A DNA stretch of 64,000 nt from an uncultured Lachnospiraceae bacterium (GTDB lineage: Bacteria > Bacillota > Clostridia > Christensenellales > UBA1242). Below, piece by piece: positions 7,286-16,766 of this stretch. Position 1 is the stretch's first letter. Every line of letters begins with the position of its first letter. Made by a program: the position numbers and the translations under genes. The stretch spans positions 60,822 to 124,821 of the forward strand of contig CAZFRA010000001.1 of NCBI GenBank assembly GCA_964521165.1. The letters are read 5' to 3'. The notes beneath the pieces are model-generated. The model saw only the letters and a program-made list of their open reading frames with translations, ran no database searches and was not told the DNA's origin.

Positions 7286-7495
7286 CAAAAAAACAAGCAA
7301 TGCCTGACTTTATATACAAACAAAATTTTTCGTCTTATATAAAAGTATTTTAAAAGAAATGTTTTCATATATAAAAATAACAAAAAAAACAGGCAACGCC
7401 TGACTTTATATACAAACAAAATTTTATGTTTTATATAAAATATTTTAAAAAAATACTTTCGTATATAAAACAACAAAAAAACAGGCAACGCCTGT
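7286..7495. repeat. Tandem direct repeat, about 94-bp unit in 2 full copies plus a partial third
   Basis: Units at 7286-7380, 7381-7473 and 7474-7496. Each begins CAAAAAAACA(A/G)GCAA(T/C)GCCTG, which is the terminator hairpin of the 7495-7881 gene, followed by ACTTTATATACAAACAAAATTTT... Confidence 0.8.
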
Positions 7496-7881
7496 TATCT
7501 TTGAATTTCTGCGACACGAACGCCGTTCAATTTTCTTTGTTCTTCAATGAATTGTGAGAACATATCGCGAATTTTAAAAGGGTTTGCAATGTTTTTTAAA
7601 GCAAGTTTTGGCGTCCTTTCATCGTTACTATACAGCACCACTGTTCCAGTTCCAAAAATTTTATCAAAAAGCGACTGATGCAAAGAAATATCATACATTC
7701 GATACAAATTCACTTCATCAAGATGAGTGGATAAAAATCCAACATCTCGGAAGATTTTAAACCAAACATCACCGTTTTTAATAAGATAAAATCTAGTGAA
7801 AGATAAAGGAAGACCGAAATATCTTTTCCTATCCTTCCAAATCAATACAGCATTTTCGCCAAATTTCTTTCTAATATTCAT
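7495..7881 (-). CDS. Bacterial PH-domain (bPH_2/YdbT-like) protein
   Basis: 128 aa with SD ggaggtttgtATG. The pattern ..LPLSFTRFYLIKNGDVWFKIF....LYRMYDISLHQSLFDKIFGTGTVVLYSND.. is typical of bPH_2 domains. Confidence 0.65.
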   Translation of the reverse strand: MNIRKKFGENAVLIWKDRKRYFGLPLSFTRFYLIKNGDVWFKIFRDVGFLSTHLDEVNLYRMYDISLHQSLFDKIFGTGTVVLYSNDERTPKLALKNIANPFKIRDMFSQFIEEQRKLNGVRVAEIQR

Positions 7882-8025
7882 ACAAACCTCCGTGGCTTAT
7901 CTAGGTATATTTTACAATAAAAATGCAAAAAAGTAAACTGTTTTTTTAAAATTATTAAGGAATATTGAAAAATATACCAAATTTCACGCCAATTCATATT
8001 TTAAAAACTTAAAGTTTTACTTGAA

Positions 8026-8054
8026 AATAAAAAAACCGAAATTTCTCTCGGTTT
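8026..8054 (-). terminator. Rho-independent terminator
   Basis: Minus strand: AAACCGA-gagaaatt-TCGGTTT followed by a T-run, right after the stop at 8059. Confidence 0.7.
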
Positions 8055-8058
8055 TCAA

Positions 8059-8517
8059 TTATTCTGCATCTTCGTTTGCTTCATTGATGTCAGCAGAAGT
8101 TTCTTCAATATTTTCCACTTCTTCTTTTCTTTCTTTACCTTGTAAAATGCGGTCAAAAATAAGAATAAGATTAACTGCAAAAAACACGAAAAAGAAAACA
8201 ACTCCAAACACTGATTCTTCAATCAAGAATATCAAAAACATTGTGATAAAATTGGAAATAATTAAGCCAAGCGTGGTTGATTTATTATTAAAAACTTCTT
8301 TTTTTCCGGTTATCTTTTTTAGATAATCACACGTAAAAAAAGCACTTACAATTAGCGCAAAAAATAGCAAAACGTGAGCGATAACAAGCAATATATAAAG
8401 CAAATCAACAGTAATATATAATGCCCAAATTACAGCATAATATACTGCCAAAACCATCTCAAAAATGCTTGCAATTAAGCTCGCCATCAGCGAAAAAAAC
8501 AATACTTTTTTATTCAT
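8059..8517 (-). CDS. Small multi-pass membrane protein with an acidic C-tail
   Basis: 152 aa with a GGAGGAG SD. About 4 hydrophobic helices. Tail: KEEVENIEETSADINEANEDAE. Confidence 0.65.
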   Translation of the reverse strand: MNKKVLFFSLMASLIASIFEMVLAVYYAVIWALYITVDLLYILLVIAHVLLFFALIVSAFFTCDYLKKITGKKEVFNNKSTTLGLIISNFITMFLIFLIEESVFGVVFFFVFFAVNLILIFDRILQGKERKEEVENIEETSADINEANEDAE

Positions 8518-8561
8518 AATCTCCTCCTGCTTTTTATTAAAACAAAATTATATAAGATAAG

Positions 8562-9038
8562 TCAAGAATTTTGAGTCTTATCTTCACCGATATCAAGTTC
8601 GTTTTCTTTAAGTTCCTTCTTTTGACGCACAATATCAATAATGAGAAGGATGTTTGGCACAAAGAGCAGCACGCAAACAATTACACCAATATACCAATAA
8701 TTCGCATATATGAAAAACATCAAGAAAACTATCATTGCCAAAAAATTTAGCACAATCAATGCGATTTTTTCTTTTTTAAGGTGGTTTTCCGGTGATTTTT
8801 TCAAACGGCAAAGAATAACCAAACTCAAAATAAAACCAATTAAACTGATTGAAAATAAAACAATACAAATCAGTAAAAGTATCAAGATGAAAACAGACAC
8901 AAACGCAAAAGCCAACCCTACGCTGTCACTTAAAAAACTACTACTTGCCGAAATAATGCAAACAACAGAAAAAACGATTGTTAAAACATTAATAATAGCA
9001 GAAATTATCGTACCGCTTAAACAAAAACGATTTTTCAT
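8562..9038 (-). CDS. Small multi-pass membrane protein, paralog-like neighbour of 8059-8517
   Basis: 158 aa with an AGGAGAAGG SD. It has the same architecture: 4 TM helices, a conserved ..IIDIVRQKKE / ..IFDRILQGKE junction, and an acidic tail. Confidence 0.65.
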   Translation of the reverse strand: MKNRFCLSGTIISAIINVLTIVFSVVCIISASSSFLSDSVGLAFAFVSVFILILLLICIVLFSISLIGFILSLVILCRLKKSPENHLKKEKIALIVLNFLAMIVFLMFFIYANYWYIGVIVCVLLFVPNILLIIDIVRQKKELKENELDIGEDKTQNS

Positions 9039-9185
9039 ATCCTTCTCCTATCACAAAACCATTTAAGCATAAAAAGCAGTTTATGTCAAACAAATCGCGC
9101 TAAATTTGTAAAAATAAAAGTTTTTTCTTAAAACAATAGGAACAAAAAATTTCTGTTGTTGAAATAAGGGAAACAAAAGTTCCCC

Positions 9186-9653
9186 TTATTGTTTATCAGT
9201 TGAACCAAAGCCGCCCTTTCGAACAATTCCGGCATTGGTTTCTGCGTCGTCGTCGACTGTCAAAAATTTGAAGAAGAAAATTTGACCAATTTTATCGCCC
9301 GCCTTCACTTCATATGGCGTTTTGTTAAGGTTATGTAACAAAAAGCCTATGTTTCCGTCGTTCGATTCGTTGTCGGCATAGTCACTTTCAATTATTCCGA
9401 TGCCATTTGCGAGAATTATACCCTTCTTGCCAAGTCCGCTTGTGGATGCCAATATGAATCCTTCATCGCGGTTGCAATACGCCTTAAAGTTTATAAAAAC
9501 AAGTTCGGTGGCTTCAGGTGCAATTGTGATATCAATCGGCGAAAAGCAATCGTAAGCCACAGCATATTTTGTCGCCCTATATGGTTTTTTGAGCGTCTTT
9601 TTATCGACGCCATATTTTAAGAATTCGTCCCTAACAACTTCAAACTTTCTCAT
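9186..9653 (-). CDS. dut: dUTP diphosphatase (trimeric dUTPase)
   Basis: 155 aa with an AAGGAGA SD. Motifs AYDCFSP, GIIESDY, GDKIGQ and C-terminal RKGGFGSTD. Confidence 0.85.
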   Translation of the reverse strand: MRKFEVVRDEFLKYGVDKKTLKKPYRATKYAVAYDCFSPIDITIAPEATELVFINFKAYCNRDEGFILASTSGLGKKGIILANGIGIIESDYADNESNDGNIGFLLHNLNKTPYEVKAGDKIGQIFFFKFLTVDDDAETNAGIVRKGGFGSTDKQ

Positions 9654-9663
9654 AATTTCTCCT

Positions 9664-10167
9664 TTATTTATACGCTTCTTCCAACAAGATAACCTTGCCT
9701 TCTTTCAGCGTTTTTGGAACATTGATAACTCTCTGGTTCGACGACCCGCGCCATTTCAAACGAAAATCGTGTAATTCGTCCACATATTGTCCGTCCACCA
9801 ATACATCAAGATATCGCACAATCTCTTTGTCATTCACATAATTTTCAAACGTAAATCCCGTCCAAGCCCAAAGGTTTTTGTTTGGAAATTTTTCTTTAAA
9901 TCTCTTAGCAAGCTCGGTCATACCTTCCAAATTTTTCGGATGCATCGGTTCACCGCCAAGTAAAGACAAACCTTCGACATTTTCATTCTCACAAAGTTCC
10001 AAAATGCGAGCAATCGTATCTTCCGTGAACTCTTTGCCGGCGTTAAAGTCGTGCGTTTCTGGATTAAAGCAATTTTTGCAGTTGAATGTGCAACCTTGCA
10101 CAAAAATGGAAACTCGAACGCCTTTGCCGTTGGATATATCCATTTTTCTTATTTTGCTATATCTCAT
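9664..10167 (-). CDS. nrdG: Anaerobic ribonucleotide reductase activating protein (radical SAM)
   Basis: 167 aa with a CTFNCKNCFN cluster. ATGA overlap with nrdD. Confidence 0.9.
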   Translation of the reverse strand: MRYSKIRKMDISNGKGVRVSIFVQGCTFNCKNCFNPETHDFNAGKEFTEDTIARILELCENENVEGLSLLGGEPMHPKNLEGMTELAKRFKEKFPNKNLWAWTGFTFENYVNDKEIVRYLDVLVDGQYVDELHDFRLKWRGSSNQRVINVPKTLKEGKVILLEEAYK

Positions 10168-12326
10168 TTATCATCATCCTTGTTGTCAATATGTAAAACT
10201 CTTTCCTTAATTTCTTGCGTTCTTCCTTTGTTCCAAAAGTTTGTGCCGATATAGCCACACGTTCTTCTTGCCACATTCAAAGTGGAGTGATTGCGGTTTC
10301 CGCAGTTAGGGCAATACCATTCAAGATTGTCGTCAATCAAAATTTCGCCAGAATATCCGCAATTTTGGCAATAGTCGGACTTAGTGTTGAGCTCGGCATA
10401 CATAATGTTGTCATAGATATATTTGATGACTTGCAAAACAACTTCCAAATTATCTTGCAAATTTGGAGTTTCAACATAAGAAACTGCACCACCTGGACTC
10501 AATTTTTGGAATTCGCTCTCGATTTTAAGTTTTGAGAAGGCATCAATCTCTTCAAAAACTGGAACGTGGTAGGAGTTTGTGATATAGTCTTTGTCGGTTA
10601 TCCCCTTCACAGTACCGAATCTCTTTTTAAGGTTCTTGGCAAATTTATATGTTGTGGATTCAATTGGTGTGCCATATACGGAGTAATCTATATCTTCCAC
10701 TTCCTTCCACTCTTTGCACTTGTCGTTCAAGCGTTGCATAACTTTAAGCCCAAACTCTTTACCTTTGCCATTGTCGGTATGTGAATGTCCGGTCATAAAT
10801 TTGACACATTCATAAAGTCCGGCATAACCAAGCGAAATTGTGGAGTATCCGCTGTGAAGAAGTGGATGAATTTTTTCGCCTTTTTTAAGTCTTGCAAGCG
10901 CGCCGTGTTGCCATAAAATTGGAGCAACATCACTGGTGGCGTGAGCAAGTCTTTCGTGTCGGATTTGCAATGCTCTGTGACAAAGTTCCAAACGCTCGTC
11001 AAAAATTTTCCAAAACTTGTCGAAATCACCATCAGACGAAAGCGCAACATCAACAAGATTTATGGTGACAACGCCTTGGTTAAATCTTCCATAATATTTT
11101 GGCTTGTTGGTGGCTGGATCAATGTATGGAGTCAAGAAGGAACGGCAGCCCATACACGGATAGCAATTTCCGTTTCCATTTTTGTCAATTTTGAGTTGCT
11201 TCATCACTTTTTCGGAGATATAGTCAGGAACCATACGCTTTGCCGTGCATTCCGCAGCGAGTTCGGTCAAATACCAATACTTACTACCTTCGTGAATATT
11301 ATCTTCTTCAAGCACATAGAGAAGTTTTGGAAAGGCAGGTGTGATATACACACCCTTTTCATTCTTCATCCCTTCAATTCTTTGACGTAAAACTTCTTCG
11401 ATGATGAGTGCAAGTTCTTCCCTATACTCTTCTGTTTCGCCAAGATATAGGCAGACGCTCAAAAATGGTGCTTGTCCATTGGTTGTGGTCATTGAATTGA
11501 CTTGATATTGGAAAGTTTGCACACCGTCTTTAATTTCTCGCAAAACATCTTCTTGGGAAAATTTGATGCATTGTTCTTCGCTCAAACCTCTATCTCTATA
11601 CTTTTTCATATATCGCTTGTGGCTTTCCCTAACAAACGGTGCAAGGTGTGTCATTGTGACAGTCGCGCCACCATATTGCGACGAAGAAACCGCTGTGATG
11701 ATTTGCGTGGCAATCGTCATCGCCGTCAAAAATTTATGTGGTTTTTCAATCATAACGCCGTTGATATTGGTGCCATTTTGAAGCATATCTTCAAGGTTGA
11801 TAAGGTCGCAGTTATGAAGAGCATTTTGTGCAAAATAGTCGGCATCGTGGAAATGAATAATACCTTCGTCGTGCGCCTTAACAATATCTTCTGGAAGCAA
11901 GAATCGTCTTGTTATGTCCGTGCTGGTAATCCCGGCAAGATAATCTCTTTGTGTGGTGACAATTCGCGCATTTTTATTGGAGTTTTCTGTGTTCCAATAC
12001 TCATTTTCGCCGTCGATGAGTTCTTTAATAGATTGGTCGGTGGTGTTTGCTTTACGAACGAGAGCGCGAGTGTAACGATAAATGATATATTTCTTTGCAA
12101 GTTCAAAGTGTTTAAATTCCATAAGCTTTTCTTCAACAATGTCTTGAATATCTTCGACAAGAATTCTTTGCTTGCCCATATTCTTGACAAACTCGACAAT
12201 CTCACGGATTTCTTTTTTTGTTGCCCTTTCCTTTTCTTGTACTGTTTCGTTGGCTTTTTCAATCGCCGCTGTAATTTTGCTTGGGTCAAAGTCAACAATC
12301 GTTCCATTTCTTTTTACAACTTGCAT
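10164..12326 (-). CDS. nrdD: Anaerobic ribonucleoside-triphosphate reductase (class III)
   Basis: 720 aa with an AGGAGG SD. N-terminal ATP-cone (VVKRNGTIVDFDPSKI), C-terminal Zn site CQNCGY..CPNCGN and glycyl-radical motif RTCGYIG. Confidence 0.95.
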   Translation of the reverse strand: MQVVKRNGTIVDFDPSKITAAIEKANETVQEKERATKKEIREIVEFVKNMGKQRILVEDIQDIVEEKLMEFKHFELAKKYIIYRYTRALVRKANTTDQSIKELIDGENEYWNTENSNKNARIVTTQRDYLAGITSTDITRRFLLPEDIVKAHDEGIIHFHDADYFAQNALHNCDLINLEDMLQNGTNINGVMIEKPHKFLTAMTIATQIITAVSSSQYGGATVTMTHLAPFVRESHKRYMKKYRDRGLSEEQCIKFSQEDVLREIKDGVQTFQYQVNSMTTTNGQAPFLSVCLYLGETEEYREELALIIEEVLRQRIEGMKNEKGVYITPAFPKLLYVLEEDNIHEGSKYWYLTELAAECTAKRMVPDYISEKVMKQLKIDKNGNGNCYPCMGCRSFLTPYIDPATNKPKYYGRFNQGVVTINLVDVALSSDGDFDKFWKIFDERLELCHRALQIRHERLAHATSDVAPILWQHGALARLKKGEKIHPLLHSGYSTISLGYAGLYECVKFMTGHSHTDNGKGKEFGLKVMQRLNDKCKEWKEVEDIDYSVYGTPIESTTYKFAKNLKKRFGTVKGITDKDYITNSYHVPVFEEIDAFSKLKIESEFQKLSPGGAVSYVETPNLQDNLEVVLQVIKYIYDNIMYAELNTKSDYCQNCGYSGEILIDDNLEWYCPNCGNRNHSTLNVARRTCGYIGTNFWNKGRTQEIKERVLHIDNKDDDK

Positions 12327-12364
12327 TTTTTTGCCTCCTGTTAAAACAAATCTAAAATCATTTT

Positions 12365-12412
12365 ATTATATATATGGTGGTTTTGTCAAGAAAAAATATC
12401 TATATCTTGTGT
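12365..12412 (-). promoter_or_regulatory. Two candidate NrdR boxes upstream of nrdD
   Basis: 12397-12412 (minus-strand ACACAAGATATAGATA) matches about 13/16 of the remembered consensus acaCwAtATaTwGtgt. 12365-12380 (ATTATATATATGGTGG) matches about 11/16. The centres are 32 bp apart. Confidence 0.45.
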
Positions 12413-12621
12413 TTTTTGAATTTTTTTTAAAAAAATGAATTTTTTAAATTTTTCTTAAAATTTTACAAAATTTTTTCCATGCATAAACAAAAACAGCTGG
12501 TTATAAATTTATAACAAAATACGATTTTTGGAAACTTTAATTATCTATTCGCAAAAACTTTTTTAGCCAAAATTTTTGTCAGAAAAATCAAATTTCCACA
12601 AAATAAAACACCTTGCGGTGC

Positions 12622-13464
12622 CTATTTTAAGGTGGTGGTCAGTTTATCAAATTTTTGTTGCAACTCAGTTATCACTTCTTTATGTATAATATCATAAGTC
12701 ATTGTGCCATTTTTGAAAGAAAGGATATATTTTTTTTGCAAAACTTGCTCTTTGGCATAAGGATCATCCGGATCATTCGGCGGTTTGTGAGTGGTTTCGT
12801 CGAGATTGTAGGTCTTGTCGTAATTAATCCACTCTTCATCTTTAAACCAAACGCGCAAATTTATACTATCATATTCCAAAATTTCCACAGCAAAAAGGTC
12901 GTTTGGGTCCACTTTTAAAACTTTTGAGCCTAAAAACATAAAGTTGTCGCCGAATTTAAAGCACGGTGTTCCGCTTAAAACGGCTTTCATATTCTTGTCA
13001 AGCGGTACTTGTTTGAGATTTTCAAAAAAGAACATTATTGCTTTGTGTTTAATGTTGGAAGCCTGCGCTTCATATTTTTCCAAATTAACAACTTCAAGTG
13101 GTTTTTTAAGCAACGAGATTTTGTCTTCCACTCGCCCGCGGTGCGAAAATTCCTTTTGAATATTTTTAAGAAGCAACCAATTGTCTTGCACTTTGTCGGC
13201 GATTTTGATATTTTCAAAAATCATCTCGTCCGTCATCTTTTCTTTTTCAACAATTTTAAGTCGGCAATTGTTAAGTATTTCGTCGAGTTTTTCATTTTTA
13301 AAAAGTTTGGAAATCTTGTCCAACTTTTTGTTGTATTTTTTAAACACCAAATCGGTGGAATATTTTGCTATTTTTTTCCTTTCTCGCAAAAATGCCAGAA
13401 TAATAATAACGGCAAACACGACGACAATGGCGATTGTAAAAATAGTGATATAAATTTCTTCCAT
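12622..13464 (-). CDS. Hypothetical protein with an N-terminal TM anchor
   Basis: 280 aa with an AAGGG SD. One TM helix (ITIFTIAIVVVFAVIIILAFL). No motif recognised. Confidence 0.6.
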   Translation of the reverse strand: MEEIYITIFTIAIVVVFAVIIILAFLRERKKIAKYSTDLVFKKYNKKLDKISKLFKNEKLDEILNNCRLKIVEKEKMTDEMIFENIKIADKVQDNWLLLKNIQKEFSHRGRVEDKISLLKKPLEVVNLEKYEAQASNIKHKAIMFFFENLKQVPLDKNMKAVLSGTPCFKFGDNFMFLGSKVLKVDPNDLFAVEILEYDSINLRVWFKDEEWINYDKTYNLDETTHKPPNDPDDPYAKEQVLQKKYILSFKNGTMTYDIIHKEVITELQQKFDKLTTTLK

Positions 13465-13475
13465 ATTCTACCCTT

Positions 13476-14006
13476 TTATTTATCTTCTTCCTTTTTTTCT
13501 TCTTTATCCACAATTTCTTCAACATCGTGGAGAGTGTCGTGGATAGCGGTGTTGTTAATTTTGTTCCGATTTGCCTTTTGGAATTTTAAATCAATATTAT
13601 AGTCAATAAGACATAGCCCACCGGCAATCGCCAAACATATCAAACCAATCGCATAGAGCACAATGCCAACAATACCAACGTCTGCAAAACACAAAATAAA
13701 GAAAAGAAATGCCATAAAAAAGTCAAAAAAAACATTAGAAAAAGTGATTTTGCGTGCTTGTCCAAAGAAAATTGGATGTTTTTTTATCGTCCACACCAAA
13801 GAAATTATCGAGAGCGTCAACGAAACGCAAACGACAAACAAAAGCACGATATAAAGCGAGCCTTCCACCGCTTTTCGCGTGTCGTCCCACGAACTTTGAG
13901 CAAAACTCGCCCAGGCTTCCACAATGCTGATGATAAGAAAAACGAAATAGGCAGCAAAGACCACTGTGCTGATAATTGACGCATAAAAACTTCTGCTCTT
14001 CATCAT
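13476..14006 (-). CDS. Multi-pass membrane protein, function unknown
   Basis: The track ORF 13476-14156 begins at a GTG and overlaps the upstream gene by 95 nt. The internal ATG ATG (14006) precedes the first TM helix, so I trimmed to it. The start is uncertain. Confidence 0.5.
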   Translation of the reverse strand: MMKSRSFYASIISTVVFAAYFVFLIISIVEAWASFAQSSWDDTRKAVEGSLYIVLLFVVCVSLTLSIISLVWTIKKHPIFFGQARKITFSNVFFDFFMAFLFFILCFADVGIVGIVLYAIGLICLAIAGGLCLIDYNIDLKFQKANRNKINNTAIHDTLHDVEEIVDKEEKKEEDK

Positions 14007-14061
14007 AAAATCATTATATAAAAGCGGAAAAAATTTGTCAAATAAAAACACAACAAAACTC

Positions 14062-14523
14062 TTATTCTTTAAGCACAAATCCTTCCAGCGAGAAACTTGT
14101 GGCATAGATTTTTGTTCTTTTAGTGATAATGTCCTGACAAAATTCCAGTTCACCACTTTTTACTGAAAGAATCATCAATTTTAAAGTTAGCATATTTTCC
14201 AAGGATATTAAAGATAAAAAACAATTTGTCGGATTTTCGATGTTTTTAAACTCAGACTTCCGTTTTATGCCAAACTTTTCTTCAAAATCAATGATATTCT
14301 GCGATGTCATCTTTTTCAAAACTTCACAGTCTATAAGATTTTTGAGTCGTTCAAAGGCCGCCCAAATTTTTGAAAAGATAAGTAAAATTTCGTCTAATAA
14401 AAGCGAAAACTCTTCTTCTTCCAATTTGATAAAGATAAAACCCTTATTTTTCATTGATTTGGAGTAGGCACGCGCCATATTTTCATAGTCGTCCGCCAAT
14501 CTCTCGTCATCATAATTTTCCAT
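14062..14523 (-). CDS. Hypothetical cytoplasmic protein
   Basis: 153-aa ORF with no recognisable motif and a weak SD (aagaagtt). Confidence 0.45.
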   Translation of the reverse strand: MENYDDERLADDYENMARAYSKSMKNKGFIFIKLEEEEFSLLLDEILLIFSKIWAAFERLKNLIDCEVLKKMTSQNIIDFEEKFGIKRKSEFKNIENPTNCFLSLISLENMLTLKLMILSVKSGELEFCQDIITKRTKIYATSFSLEGFVLKE

Positions 14524-14608
14524 AACTTCTTATATGTTACGAAAGAAAAATATGTGAAGCGGCAACAAAAATAAAAAAGTTACGTTGATTGTTTTTTAAA
14601 CACAATAA

Positions 14609-14640
14609 GAAAAATAGTGGTAATATTTACCACTATTTTG
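14609..14640. terminator. Bidirectional rho-independent terminator (ends the T4CP transcript)
   Basis: AATAGTGGTAA-tat-TTACCACTATT flanked by an A-run and a T-run. Confidence 0.75.
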
Positions 14641-14675
14641 CCAATTTCAAAACTCATAGGCCTTTTTGTCATTTT

Positions 14676-16688
14676 TTAAAAATCAAATGGATTTGATGAC
14701 TTTAAAATTTTCTTGTTACGGTCTTTTATGTTGTAATAAACTTCGTCTTTGTCAAGAGATTTCATTATACCAACTTCTGGTTTAACATCATTTGAGTGGA
14801 AGAATGGTGTTTCAAATGCTGGCGTGAGTTTAAGTTTGCAAGGTTGCATACGATAAATTTTCACCACAACCGTACCAAACTGCAATTGACCAAGCTCGTA
14901 AGGCGTTATAAGCGGACGAGTTGTGCGCTGTGTGCTATAACTTGTCGAACTGGAATCAGCATCTTTGTTACTTTTGCTCTTGTTTTCGTCTTCAAACATA
15001 AGTTGCACATCGCCGCATCGTTTGGAGAAGTCTTCACGCGTGTTCGGGTCGTCCGTTCCAATGAAGATTTGAATATTACAGTTACCTTTGATAGTTTCAG
15101 AAACTTCCTTGCCATATTTGGTGTCAAGTTGCGTATAGGACTGAATAAGCAATTCAAACAAGATGTTTCTTGAACGAGCAACGGTAATCATACTATCAAA
15201 TTTTGGAATTGGCGGCATATTACCGAATTCGTCGAGAAGGAAATATACGTGTCGCGACAACTTTTTCGAAGGTAAGGAATTGGTTTTGTCAACAAGACGT
15301 TTATATAACTGCGAAATGCAAAGGTTGGCAAGAGTGTATCGGTCTTCCTTATCGTCCGGAATGCAGATAAAAAGTGCGGTTGGTTTGTCGGTGAAGCCAC
15401 CAAAGTCGATATCGCTATCCGAAGTAAGATAGGAAATGCCGACATCCTGCATAAAGTTGATTTTTCCTGTCAAGACACTGAAATATGATTTTGCAGTGTT
15501 TGCCGCAGTGTTTACCACATTGGAAGTTAGTTGTGACACTTCGCTCTTTGTTTCATCTCTTCCTTGAAGAAGATATTTTTTAAGAGTTTCAAAAGAATTG
15601 TCAGGGTCAAGGTCGCGATAGGTGCAAATTCGGTAAAGATTATAAAAATTAAACTTTTCTCTCGTCATTCCAAGTTCAGGAATTTGACTATCTTCCAGCA
15701 TTGCCAACATCACGCCATACAAGAAACCTTGTGCGCCTTCTTCCCAGGTCGGATCTTGTGCGCCACTTCTTGGAACAAGGGTGACGGCGATATCTTTAAG
15801 TTCGCTGAATGCTCTATCTTTGTAAACTTCAACCATACTTGCAACGGCAGTGCGAAGTTGTTCGATGTTTGGATATGCCACATTGTTAAAACCAAACCAT
15901 TCCTTATCGTAAGTTTCGCCTGGAATTTTTTGGTAGCCCAATCTTTCTGGCGACGCCCCATTGGTGCATTTTTTCACTTGGTTTTTCAAATCCATTGCTT
16001 CTTGATAGATATCATATGCGTGCTGCATTGGATTCCAACGCGAAGAAGTAAATGGTTCACGAAGGTCATACTTGAAAACACGATAACCTTCTTCTTTCAA
16101 AATATTGGCAGTTTTTTGATATAGTTCGCCTTTTGGGTCGGTAATGACCATATCCGGTTTTTCGCCCGAATGCCCCAAAATTCGAATAGTTGGCACCATT
16201 GTTAAATAAGTTTTACCAGAAGCGGTGGCACCTATCACCATTGCGTGAAATTCATCCTTCATAGAAACGTGATATTTTCCGTTACGCAAACTGTTTTGCA
16301 CGACGAGCCCCGTTTTCTTTAAGGTTGGGAGTTGACTCCAAGTTGAACCAATAATGCCGTATTGCTTATTGAGTTCATCAGGATCCAAAAATTTAGCATT
16401 GAAGGTAAGGTCCATTTCCACGCCTTCCGCTGTTTTACCTTTCGTTTTTGCTGTAACATTTGTTTTCGTCTTTTTAGATATACCCATAAAGAAAAATACC
16501 AACCATAAAATGACACCGAAACCAAGTCCAACAAAAGCGTACCCTTCTTTGTATAGCGATTCGATGAAGGGGTATTCATCACCTTTGGTGAAATATAAAA
16601 CGCAAGCGCCGGCAATCCAACCAACCACTGCAAAAATAAGTAGTGTGATGAAATGTTTCTTAAAATTCGATTTTTTCTGTTCAGCCAT
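14676..16688 (-). CDS. Type IV secretion coupling protein (TraG/TraD/VirD4 family ATPase)
   Basis: 670 aa with SD aaagagggaattATG. Two N-terminal TM helices, Walker A GATASGKT, ITDPKGE, RWNP, Walker B YFLLDEFGNMP, then ARSRNI..LIQSYTQL. Confidence 0.85.
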   Translation of the reverse strand: MAEQKKSNFKKHFITLLIFAVVGWIAGACVLYFTKGDEYPFIESLYKEGYAFVGLGFGVILWLVFFFMGISKKTKTNVTAKTKGKTAEGVEMDLTFNAKFLDPDELNKQYGIIGSTWSQLPTLKKTGLVVQNSLRNGKYHVSMKDEFHAMVIGATASGKTYLTMVPTIRILGHSGEKPDMVITDPKGELYQKTANILKEEGYRVFKYDLREPFTSSRWNPMQHAYDIYQEAMDLKNQVKKCTNGASPERLGYQKIPGETYDKEWFGFNNVAYPNIEQLRTAVASMVEVYKDRAFSELKDIAVTLVPRSGAQDPTWEEGAQGFLYGVMLAMLEDSQIPELGMTREKFNFYNLYRICTYRDLDPDNSFETLKKYLLQGRDETKSEVSQLTSNVVNTAANTAKSYFSVLTGKINFMQDVGISYLTSDSDIDFGGFTDKPTALFICIPDDKEDRYTLANLCISQLYKRLVDKTNSLPSKKLSRHVYFLLDEFGNMPPIPKFDSMITVARSRNILFELLIQSYTQLDTKYGKEVSETIKGNCNIQIFIGTDDPNTREDFSKRCGDVQLMFEDENKSKSNKDADSSSTSYSTQRTTRPLITPYELGQLQFGTVVVKIYRMQPCKLKLTPAFETPFFHSNDVKPEVGIMKSLDKDEVYYNIKDRNKKILKSSNPFDF

Positions 16689-16766
16689 AATTCCCTCTTT
16701 TCAATTATATTTTAAACAAAATAATGTGAAAAATCAACCAATATAACAATAAAACGACAAAATTTA

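Noticed and set aside
7285-7488. 67-aa minus-strand ORF (MPVFLLFYIRKYFF...)
   Set aside because: It is generated purely by reading through the about-94-bp tandem repeat, so its product is itself an internal repeat of terminator sequence. It has no SD.
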